Shown here: one piece after another, positions 17,350 through 25,928 of the stretch | Numbering within the stretch: position 1 is the first letter of the stretch | Layout of the letters: each line of letters begins with the position of its first letter | NCBI GenBank assembly: GCA_043822785.1 | Contig: JBDRBN010000003.1 | Location: 1 to 34,530 of the forward strand | Source: Pseudomonadota bacterium | GTDB lineage: Bacteria > UBA10199 > 2-02-FULL-44-16 > JAAZCA01 | Direction: 5' to 3' | DNA: 34,530 bases | Translations under genes and position numbers: made by a program | The notes under the pieces: generated by a model | What the model was told of the DNA's origin: nothing | Database searches by the model: none | What the model saw: only the letters and a program-made list of their open reading frames with translations

Positions 17350-19296
17350 TTACCGCCCACCCTTTTTAACCGTATCGGCAGCCCCCCTGTTTTTTTCTGT
17401 TCCAGGCTCCACAGTATCGCTGTCTGCTCTGGGTGTATCTCTTCTTTCATCAGCCTTAGTCCGGCCAGGAGTGCCTCTTTGTGCTTGCCTCATGCTCGGA
17501 GGTCCGGATGAAGCTATTGTCATAACATGTTCAAACGCGGTCGGCTTAAAGGCATCGCCGTCCATGTGCAAAGCACTCAAACCCGGATCATTTTTCATAT
17601 CCATAAGCGCATTGATAATCTCTGTTTTAAGTGAGGGGGAGAAGAGACTCACCCGCAATTGAGGCACAACCGCTAGCGCTTCCTGAACTGCTTTTGAGTT
17701 CATAAACTGCTGCCAAAGCGCTTCGCGTTCTTGTGTCTGTGATGTTAGAAGAGTTCTTGCACCACCAGTACGAGGCTGATCAGGAATGAGAGTTGGGCGC
17801 TGATCGTCAGGTAACCCAGCTTGATCTAAATAACCTATAGATGGCGAGCCGCTTTTGGCTTCTGCCGCGCTCTGTGCATCAAGCCCAGCGCTAAGAGCAG
17901 CAACCTGTTCCATGCCCCCAGCCCTGCTATCAATCATGCTATCGTCCATGTGAACGTCAGTGCCCGAAAGGATACCTGGTATGGTCAAACGATCAGGTTG
18001 TCCGCTAAAAATAGAGTTTCTAAAATCTGCACCTATAAAAACGTTTAAAGGATCAGGCACTGTAGCAAAGCTGTTGGTTCCTTGCTGCTCTATAAATTTT
18101 ATCGTGCCATTGGCCTTAAAGTAACCAGCATTCAGTTCTCCACCTCTTCCAATGATCTTATCGTATTCAAAAAACAGAACCCGCCTTGCAAGGCTGGGTG
18201 TATCTATGCCCATTGATGCTGCATTCCTTAAGAGATCAGGATTTATGCGTAGATTTTGGCGCACAGCCCTGTAAGCCTTGCCCACGAGGCTCACATATTG
18301 GGCATCAACGCCCTTGTTCAGGTCGATCTTTACTGGAGCTGGGACAGAACCGTTTTCTGAGGTGATGGTAATTGAATTTGGTTTCGGCTTTTCTACAACA
18401 CAATTCACGCCTTTCACATCGAGCCTGAGATCCCCCGTGATAATCTTGGCTACCACATCCTGCCTCACATTATCGTCAAGTCTTTTGTACCAACTGATTT
18501 CTCCAAGCTTTTCACGAACTATTTCTTTGGCATTGTCTTTTGCAAGTTCGCCCTGCGTTATGATTACGCTCTCGCCTAAACTGAATATATATAGCCTTTT
18601 TTCAGGTTGATTTGGTTCAATTTTGATACCATCTATATCCAGATCAAAGTTTCCTTCAGCGAGAATCGAAAGCTTTTCCATCTTCACGTCATCTGAAAGT
18701 CTTCTGTACTCTTCAAAACGCAGAAGATCCTGATGAATGCGCAGCAAAGGTGCAAGCTTCTCGGCTTCCATTTGTGCCTCAGCTGCTAAAGCGCGAGAAA
18801 CCCTGATAGAATCGGCAAGGCTCCTTATGCCTGAACTAATATCTCTGACTGCTGCCGGAAGAACCTTGCGCAGGCCTTGGGCCAACGAGAGCAGCGGTCC
18901 GCGGCCTAAATAGACCGCAGTAGCGCCTCCTACAATAACACCAGCCAGTATGCCTGCTGATAGCAGCCAGTTGCTCTCTTGCTTGGGAGCTGTGGGTGAA
19001 GGCATGGCAATGGGTGCGGGCTCTACAGATGACTCCTCTTTGCCTGGTGTTGGATTCTCAATCTCATCGATCTCTCTGATCGTGTGCCAGGATTCAAAAG
19101 AGCGCCATATACCAGATCTTGCCCAACAGATTCCTCCCTGGGTATTGGCCTCTCTATTCTTTGCAAGCTTATCTACCGTTTCGCAGGTATTTGGCTGTTC
19201 ATCAAGATTCCTGACGCCATTCATTAGAATGTTGTCACATTCCGGCGGACAGGTCATATTCGGTGTGCTGCAAATGTTTGTTCTAGTACATGGCAT
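17350..19296 (-). CDS. Hypothetical single-pass membrane protein (648 aa)
   Basis: Long ORF; Cys-rich N-terminus, TM WLLSAGILAGVIVGGATAVYLG and low-complexity tail. Confidence 0.8.
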   Translation of the reverse strand: MPCTRTNICSTPNMTCPPECDNILMNGVRNLDEQPNTCETVDKLAKNREANTQGGICWARSGIWRSFESWHTIREIDEIENPTPGKEESSVEPAPIAMPSPTAPKQESNWLLSAGILAGVIVGGATAVYLGRGPLLSLAQGLRKVLPAAVRDISSGIRSLADSIRVSRALAAEAQMEAEKLAPLLRIHQDLLRFEEYRRLSDDVKMEKLSILAEGNFDLDIDGIKIEPNQPEKRLYIFSLGESVIITQGELAKDNAKEIVREKLGEISWYKRLDDNVRQDVVAKIITGDLRLDVKGVNCVVEKPKPNSITITSENGSVPAPVKIDLNKGVDAQYVSLVGKAYRAVRQNLRINPDLLRNAASMGIDTPSLARRVLFFEYDKIIGRGGELNAGYFKANGTIKFIEQQGTNSFATVPDPLNVFIGADFRNSIFSGQPDRLTIPGILSGTDVHMDDSMIDSRAGGMEQVAALSAGLDAQSAAEAKSGSPSIGYLDQAGLPDDQRPTLIPDQPRTGGARTLLTSQTQEREALWQQFMNSKAVQEALAVVPQLRVSLFSPSLKTEIINALMDMKNDPGLSALHMDGDAFKPTAFEHVMTIASSGPPSMRQAQRGTPGRTKADERRDTPRADSDTVEPGTEKNRGAADTVKKGGR

Positions 19297-19380
19297 ATGC
19301 TTATAGCCCCCGTTAGGTACCCCACCCTTTAAGGAAATATTCTAGACAACCTGATGTGTCTATCATGACCCTCTGTCTTA

Positions 19381-19408
19381 TTATCGACACATATTTGAAA
19401 AAGTTGCG
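19381..19408 (-). promoter_or_regulatory. Sigma28-like promoter CGCAACT-N13-GTCGATAA
   Basis: Same motif and spacing, ~85 bp upstream of the 648-aa gene. Confidence 0.68.
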
Positions 19409-19546
19409 AAAAAAATAAAGAAAATCTATCTTGATTTGAGGAAGCTAATGTCTTTATAATTCAACGAGTTAACCATCACCACTCGCATCCACCCACATAT
19501 GACGGAGCAAAATGAGATCGCTTGTGACCTCTGCGCATAGATTCTA

Positions 19547-19574
19547 CGCAACTTTTCTATCAAGGCGCCGATAA
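19547..19574 (+). promoter_or_regulatory. Sigma28-like promoter CGCAACT-N13-GCCGATAA
   Basis: Same motif and spacing, 100 bp upstream of the 19674 gene. Confidence 0.7.
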
Positions 19575-19673
19575 GAAAATAAGAAGATGGATGAAGCGGT
19601 TAACGCTTTGATAAATAAAGTTTTTTTGTGATTAGAAGTGTCGGACACTTTCTAGGCTGTAAGGAGGAATATT

Positions 19674-20684
19674 GTGTGTAATGCTGCAACCAGCATGCTC
19701 ACGAGCACCAGCTTTCCCCGCATCTTTCTAACATCTCTTACGCGCTGGGGCGTGGGGCTTTTTCCTACATGCATAGAAGGAATGGATGACCCTAGCACCT
19801 CGCCAACAATAGCATGGTCGTCTGATAAAAGGTTACTCCATAATCCACCCCGCCAAACCCTGCTCGATGTGCCAATAGTGCAGAGGCATAATTCATATCT
19901 TTCCAGGCAGATGTCCAAAGTAAGGGAGCTCTTTTATTCTGCACGCAAGGAGCAGAAGTCTTTTGACACAGTATATCGGGCATTACAGGCTGAGATAGAC
20001 CAAGCGCCTGCAATACTTAAGGAGATAAAGAATCCGTCTTTTCAAGTTCCCGAGTTAGCCGCGGCAGTTATCGGACGAGGTATTGGCGAAGATATGCTTC
20101 GCTCTGCTGTTTTACTATTGAACCTCGGCGATAACAAAAGCATTCAATGTGCCGCAGATATGTTCGTGGATTCAGCTGCATTGTATGTTGTCACTCACGG
20201 ACATGACGCTGATGCGCTATTAAAGGAGTTGGCCTATGCTGCATACGACACTTTATATTACAGAACTAATGAGTACGATGATTTGGATCATAGGCACCGG
20301 GAAAATTTGATGGCATTAAATGCTGAGGCGATTTGGGCATGGTCAAAGGCGCTATTGTCTGAACCAGATCCTGCATATGATGCTGTGCGAGTATTTTCTG
20401 GGCTGCGCGCTTGCTTTGCATCGCATATTCATTATGGGCACATGATTCCGTTTCTGCAACGATACAGCAAGCTACATCCCAAGGAGCAACATCCGGATAT
20501 TGCAGCCGAGAACAACCTGCGCACTGCCTGGGCACAGTTGGCTCAAACGAATTGGGAATCTGTTGCTAAAGAGATAGGTGCGGCTGCCTCTGTTTGGGAA
20601 CACCTGCCTCATCGTTCAAAGGATATCGAAAAATTGAAATGGTTCCTAGAGGGAGCGCAAAAGATTGCACGCTCAATGGGTTAG
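19674..20684 (+). CDS. Hypothetical alpha-helical protein, paralog of 4394-5500
   Basis: AAGGAGG RBS before GTG 19674; 336-aa ORF. Confidence 0.75.
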   Translation: MCNAATSMLTSTSFPRIFLTSLTRWGVGLFPTCIEGMDDPSTSPTIAWSSDKRLLHNPPRQTLLDVPIVQRHNSYLSRQMSKVRELFYSARKEQKSFDTVYRALQAEIDQAPAILKEIKNPSFQVPELAAAVIGRGIGEDMLRSAVLLLNLGDNKSIQCAADMFVDSAALYVVTHGHDADALLKELAYAAYDTLYYRTNEYDDLDHRHRENLMALNAEAIWAWSKALLSEPDPAYDAVRVFSGLRACFASHIHYGHMIPFLQRYSKLHPKEQHPDIAAENNLRTAWAQLAQTNWESVAKEIGAAASVWEHLPHRSKDIEKLKWFLEGAQKIARSMG

Positions 20685-23600
20685 CCTGCCTCTTGTGCAT
20701 TGGGCGCTGCTTCGACGGACTCAGCAGGGACTTCTACCTGAACAGTGAATTTCAGCACGCCGCCGGTGCGAACTTGGTTAGGTTGCCATGCCCGATCAGT
20801 TGCAGGCGCACCCCCTGACCCGCGCGTTTTTGGCAAGGGAAGGGTTACAGTGAGTTCTGTCGCATGATCACTCACGTCATTGCGAACGACTTTGATGCCC
20901 TTGCTCTGCATTTCGCTGATCAGCTCCTGGACTTGCTCTTGAGAAGTGACCTTAACATCTATCGTAACAAATTCTTGTATTGGAATGTTCTTAAATCCTC
21001 TAACCGGGACGCGCTCAAAAAGAGCAGTAGGTTGATAACCGTCGGGGTCGCGCCGTGGATCTCTGTTTAGGTCCCTCAGGGCATTCTCAAAAACATCAAG
21101 CGGAATGTTCTCAAGAACTTCAGGTCCATAATTAGAGGCTAATCTAGTCGCTAATTTCTGTCGATCAACTCTAAGCCTATAGACGGATGCAGACTTTTTA
21201 GTTATATCGCAATGCACGAATGCGTCTGCCAGAGGTCCTAGTTCGGCTACCAAGGACTCATTGTTCCATACACGGTAGGCTGTATCCATTTTGTAAAACG
21301 GCGATTGCTTGAGTGCCTCCATTTTCTCATATGTTTCTTTCAGATGTTCCTGCATACTTTGCTTCAAGCTTAGATTGGATGGATCCTTAATCAACTCATG
21401 ATACATCTTCTCATAAGCATCAGCTCGAGCTCTTAGAGCTTGCAGTCCGAGGCGGTATTGCTCTGCCAACGGTCTCCAATTCTTATCTCTAGTAAACGCA
21501 TCAAGGAAGGTCTCTGATTCCTGATTGCCAAGGAATGAATTTATCTCTAGCTCGTCAACGTACATTTTCGATGAATTCGTGGGGCGAGATTCAGACGACG
21601 CATCTGCAGCTGCTGCCCTCATGGCTTCAGCTGGCACATCCCTTGTTACAGATGATTCTGGAACCCTATCCGATACAGGCACGGACTGGCGAGGATTTTG
21701 CAAAGGGATCGGCACACTAGACTGCTCATTGCCAGATTCAGCAGGACTGAAGTTTCTCTCGTAATACTCCCTGACCTGCTGCATCTTACTGAGCGCTTGT
21801 CCCAGTTTTTTGCGCGCCAACTGTTGGCGGCCGAAATCTTCTGGAGCCTCGTCTGACAACCTGCGTGCATCATTGTATTGTTCAACGTAGTCTTTTAATG
21901 TGCCAAGATCTCGTAAGAAAATATCGGCTGCGTCTTTTAACTCCCCATTGCCTCTAGCAATAGAATCGAGTTTGTTCCTTGCCGGTGTTCCCTCATTGAA
22001 TCCACCGAGGAATTCTTGGAGTACGGACTCATCAAACGATTGATTCAGACTATGGCCCCTAGGAAGCGGCTTGTGGTTAGGATCATTTCTGAGTTCTGAA
22101 GGAGGAATGAATCCAACGTTAACAGGCTCTTGTGGTCTGGGAGGTATAACATCCTGTGCAGATGCTAAAGTAGGCTCATTGAGCTTCGTCTGGTAATAAT
22201 CTGATTGCTTGAGTTGATCCACTTTGTCGCTTGCCTCTTTCAGCATTCGATCAAGGTTTCTCTGCTGCGTTTTATTTGGTTTTTCGCCCGCTATCTTACG
22301 CAGTGCTTTGTATTCTCCAACAAGGCGTTCCAACGCACCTAGCCCATTGAGAAACCCTTCTGCTGCGGCTCTCTCTGAGTCATTGCTTCTGCCCATTTCA
22401 CCTTTTATGGCCTTCCTTGTCGACTCTTTGTACATATCGAGGAATTTATTAACGTCAGAAAGCTCGGGGAGTTCGGCCTCGGCCGCAGGTCGAGACCCAT
22501 TTGCAGCCCTGCGCTCAGTCGGCGCTGCGCCCAAAGAATCCCTTTCCGTACTAGGCACTTCTGTATCAGGCGCAGATCTGCTGGATTTTGGAGCTGATGC
22601 CGGCTCATCCATCACGATCGTATTTCCGACATCAGGATTCGACATCACGACTGTATCACCTACTCCTCCGCCGGCGGGTCTTGCGGCTTGTTGGATCTTT
22701 ATTGCCTGATTCAAGAGCCGATCGATATCGAACAACCGGTATTTGGTATCGGTGTTCGGATTATTTAGGGCGCCGCTTTTATCCAATGCATCGTACTGGA
22801 CTTTTGCTTCATTATATAGGCGCGCTACTTGATCCACTCCTGGAGTATTGGGGTTGTCCTTAATGAACTTGCCCAGCGCCTGTATCTTCGAAGGCAAATC
22901 AGCAGGAGAATTGACAGGCTGCATTCCGTCCACACGAACCCAGCCCTCGTGCCCCATAACGCCCGTAGTGTCCGGAGACGCATAGGGCTCACCAGGCCCT
23001 GGCCTTTTTACTGTAGGTGGATCCACTTCTGGAACTGTATCAGGCGGTGATTGTGACTCATTCGCTGCTTTTGTTTCCTCTCCTGCCAGTGTTTCGTGAT
23101 AATTCATCTCACGAACGCCATCTGCATCTAATACCAGTCCAAAGCGGCCCGCATATTGTTTTGCCTCCTTAATGCGCCCTCTTTTGAGTAAATCAGTTAA
23201 CTTATTGGAATTAAAATCCGGAATCTGAATTGAATACATGGTCAGCTTCAGATAAAGCGATTGAGCTGCCGGATCAGCATAGATGGGATCCCCTTCTGGA
23301 GTACGTGATTTGGGTGTATAACCAAGTCTCTTTACCGCACCTTCCGCCAGCATTGCAGCCTTAAGGCTTGCGAGTTTTGCGTGTTCAGCATGTTCCTTGG
23401 AAACGCCCTTTCCGCTGATTGCCTTTTGTGCAACAGCGTATTTCACATAAGTATAAACATCGATTGCAAGCCCGGCCTTCCAATCCTCAGATGCAGCCTG
23501 CCGCAAACCCAGATAATGGCTTGCCTGACTAGCAGTAAACATTGCGCCTATACCACCTGTGTGTCCGCCTGCCCAAGCAAGAACCTTTCCTGCTCCTGTC

Positions 23601-25549
23601 AATTCCAAACCACCATTCTTTACCATGCCTAAACCACGTGCAGCTCTTGCACTTAATGCGCCGATTCTGGGCGCTAGACCTTTGAGTAAACCAATCATTA
23701 TCAGATCCGCGCCATAATTTTGGGACATATGCCCAGCCGTATAGACCTGATTAACATCTTGAAAAGCCCCCTCTCGCACTTCGCCAATTCCCCATAGAAT
23801 GCTGGCTTCTGAAGTAACTCCCGCAGCCTCCGCCAAAATCACGCCCCTTCGTCCTACAACTCCTGCCTTCCCAAGCCCCTCTAAGGCACGAATAGTTGCT
23901 TTGGTTCCCACTGTACCTGCGGCTTTAAATGTCACGATGTCCAGCGCCATCATCTCCAATGACTCGGAGCGGTAGAGGCTTACTACTACATCTCCAAGAC
24001 CCTTTTCCTTTTCCAAGGATGCCATGTACGCCTTTGCATCTGCTTTTACTGTGGAATCTTTAGTGGTCTCGCCCACCAGAGAATAGATGGCTGCAGGAGT
24101 AGATATTGCAAAATATTGACTATCCAACATGGCACCCTCATCGAGTAGAGCGCGACCTGCTAAAGCGCTGGGATTAAGCTCTGAAGCATATGCGACGAGA
24201 TGAGGAAGTACGTATCCTGAGTCATTGGTATTTGTATGCTGCTCAGCCAAGATTTTGCGCGCACGGTCGCTAAATTCTGCCGGGCCGTTTTTCTCAATAT
24301 CTTTAAGCGCTTCTTGAATAGTATTTTGTTCGCCGGAGAGAATCCTTTCAACAACTACATTATGAAGATCTCTTTCCAATCCCCATCTCTTTGCCACCCG
24401 GTCCTCAATTGTCTCATCCTTGCCGCTCGCCATTTCATAAAATAGATACGTCTGTGCAACCCAGCCATTTGCCTCCCTGGATTCTACCGCTTCTCCCTCA
24501 TGGATATATGCTTTCCAGGCTTCCAGGGCGTAGAGGTTGATTCGCCTAAGTTGATTGTTTTCAATATTGCTGACAATTTCATTTGCCTCTTCAAAGCCTG
24601 GCGCATCTTTCCCGGCATCTCTGATCTTTTTGAATTTAACCAACGCGTCGTCGATATTTCCCTGCGCTAGGGATTTATAACCATCGTAGATAGGCGCACG
24701 CTGGGATATTTCCTTTGTCTTATCGTTGCTGCTGAAGTGAGACAATATTTCATATGTGTCGGCAGCCAAGCCACTCAGTTGCTTCCGAACAAATTCTGTG
24801 TCTTCTTTATCTGGATACTCTTGAGAACCCAGGACCAGATATTGATGCCCCATTCCCTCTACTGCACCGACAACTTCCTGCTTCTCCTCTGTGGGGGCGT
24901 CATGTAACTGCTCGAATACCTTTTTGATGTCTCCCAGACTTTTCTTTTCCTTCTTAGCTTCAACCGCCCAGTACATAGCCTGATCAGCATAAATCTGCTG
25001 AGAGATTTGTAATTGGCGCTTTTGCAGATAATCCCTTTCATCAGACGAGATCCCGTCAGTCTCCTCTCTTTGTTTTAGACCCTGCAGAACCTTTTGATTT
25101 GACTCCATCCTCAAACGACGGGCCTTTGAATCCCGTGACTGTGCATCTATCCGAATTGAGTAGGCGACACTTGCCTTCTCATAATCGCCGGACTCATAGT
25201 AAGATCTGCCCTTCTCAACTGCATTTTCAGGAGTGATGTCAGAGTATGGGAAGAAAAGATTGTTGATGCCGTCCCACATGTATCTCCATGCATCGTTATC
25301 ACTAATCTCTTCAGCTTCACTCTTAGATGATGGATTAGAAAGTACGGTGGGAACACGAAAGGAAGCATTATCAGGACCAGATGGAGGTGGTTTACCAAAG
25401 CTATCTTTGTTCGATGAGGTCTTTGTGCTGTCCTTTTTTGAGGAATCCTTGGCATCAGACGCAGACTTATCCGTAGAATCTGCTGACGCACTTTTTGAGA
25501 GTGCATAAGCAGCCTTAGCTAACAAGATTTCTAGTCCAAATATGGGCAT
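20681..25549 (-). CDS. Large hypothetical protein (~1622 aa): TPR-like N-region, Gly/Ala-rich hydrophobic core and repeated helical modules
   Basis: Uninterrupted 4.9-kb ORF; GGGAG RBS 7 nt before ATG 25549; TPR-like AVEKGRSYYESGDYEKASVAY. Confidence 0.85.
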   Translation of the reverse strand: MPIFGLEILLAKAAYALSKSASADSTDKSASDAKDSSKKDSTKTSSNKDSFGKPPPSGPDNASFRVPTVLSNPSSKSEAEEISDNDAWRYMWDGINNLFFPYSDITPENAVEKGRSYYESGDYEKASVAYSIRIDAQSRDSKARRLRMESNQKVLQGLKQREETDGISSDERDYLQKRQLQISQQIYADQAMYWAVEAKKEKKSLGDIKKVFEQLHDAPTEEKQEVVGAVEGMGHQYLVLGSQEYPDKEDTEFVRKQLSGLAADTYEILSHFSSNDKTKEISQRAPIYDGYKSLAQGNIDDALVKFKKIRDAGKDAPGFEEANEIVSNIENNQLRRINLYALEAWKAYIHEGEAVESREANGWVAQTYLFYEMASGKDETIEDRVAKRWGLERDLHNVVVERILSGEQNTIQEALKDIEKNGPAEFSDRARKILAEQHTNTNDSGYVLPHLVAYASELNPSALAGRALLDEGAMLDSQYFAISTPAAIYSLVGETTKDSTVKADAKAYMASLEKEKGLGDVVVSLYRSESLEMMALDIVTFKAAGTVGTKATIRALEGLGKAGVVGRRGVILAEAAGVTSEASILWGIGEVREGAFQDVNQVYTAGHMSQNYGADLIMIGLLKGLAPRIGALSARAARGLGMVKNGGLELTGAGKVLAWAGGHTGGIGAMFTASQASHYLGLRQAASEDWKAGLAIDVYTYVKYAVAQKAISGKGVSKEHAEHAKLASLKAAMLAEGAVKRLGYTPKSRTPEGDPIYADPAAQSLYLKLTMYSIQIPDFNSNKLTDLLKRGRIKEAKQYAGRFGLVLDADGVREMNYHETLAGEETKAANESQSPPDTVPEVDPPTVKRPGPGEPYASPDTTGVMGHEGWVRVDGMQPVNSPADLPSKIQALGKFIKDNPNTPGVDQVARLYNEAKVQYDALDKSGALNNPNTDTKYRLFDIDRLLNQAIKIQQAARPAGGGVGDTVVMSNPDVGNTIVMDEPASAPKSSRSAPDTEVPSTERDSLGAAPTERRAANGSRPAAEAELPELSDVNKFLDMYKESTRKAIKGEMGRSNDSERAAAEGFLNGLGALERLVGEYKALRKIAGEKPNKTQQRNLDRMLKEASDKVDQLKQSDYYQTKLNEPTLASAQDVIPPRPQEPVNVGFIPPSELRNDPNHKPLPRGHSLNQSFDESVLQEFLGGFNEGTPARNKLDSIARGNGELKDAADIFLRDLGTLKDYVEQYNDARRLSDEAPEDFGRQQLARKKLGQALSKMQQVREYYERNFSPAESGNEQSSVPIPLQNPRQSVPVSDRVPESSVTRDVPAEAMRAAAADASSESRPTNSSKMYVDELEINSFLGNQESETFLDAFTRDKNWRPLAEQYRLGLQALRARADAYEKMYHELIKDPSNLSLKQSMQEHLKETYEKMEALKQSPFYKMDTAYRVWNNESLVAELGPLADAFVHCDITKKSASVYRLRVDRQKLATRLASNYGPEVLENIPLDVFENALRDLNRDPRRDPDGYQPTALFERVPVRGFKNIPIQEFVTIDVKVTSQEQVQELISEMQSKGIKVVRNDVSDHATELTVTLPLPKTRGSGGAPATDRAWQPNQVRTGGVLKFTVQVEVPAESVEAAPNAQEAG

Positions 25550-25599
25550 CAACTAGCTCCCTGCACCCCCCAAATTGGGGGAGCTGCACTGCATATAGA

Positions 25600-25616
25600 A
25601 GCAAGTTATGTGCCAA
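25600..25616 (-). promoter_or_regulatory. Sigma54 (-24/-12) promoter
   Basis: Minus strand TTGGCAC-ATAAC-TTGCT matches TGGCAC-N5-TTGC, ~50 bp upstream of the 1622-aa gene. Confidence 0.8.
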
Positions 25617-25734
25617 TAAGCCGATTATGCCTTGCGATTAACTACTGGATATTATAATGGAATTAGTGGATAGAATTGATACTTAGAGAAGAGAGAACAT
25701 TATACGGCTTTATTGAGGACTTAAGTCACCACTC

Positions 25735-25780
25735 GGGGATTGCTTCGCCCGCCAAAAATCATGGCAAGCTCGCAATGACA
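25735..25780. repeat. Right half of a palindromic REP-like element
   Basis: GGGGATTGCTTCG...CTCGCAATGACA without a left arm. Confidence 0.8.
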
Positions 25781-25786
25781 TACTGA

Positions 25787-25926
25787 TCACTGATCACTGG
25801 TCACTGATCACTGATCACTGGTTACTGGTCACTGATCACTGATCACTGGTCACTGGTCACTGGTCACTGATCACTGGTCACTGATCACTGGTCACTGATC
25901 ACTGGTCACTGATCACTGGTCACTGA
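25787..25926. repeat. Heptamer tandem repeat (TCACTGR x20)
   Basis: 20 consecutive 7-bp units TCACTGA/TCACTGG, one of them TTACTGG. Confidence 0.97.
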
Positions 25927-25928
25927 AT

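Noticed and set aside
19476..25735. Shared 10-mer TCACCACTCG ~175-180 bp upstream of both large orphan genes
   Set aside because: A single 10-bp match is expected by chance in a window of this size and is not palindromic
25787..25926. Possible CRISPR array
   Set aside because: Contiguous 7-bp units with no unique spacers, and no cas genes nearby
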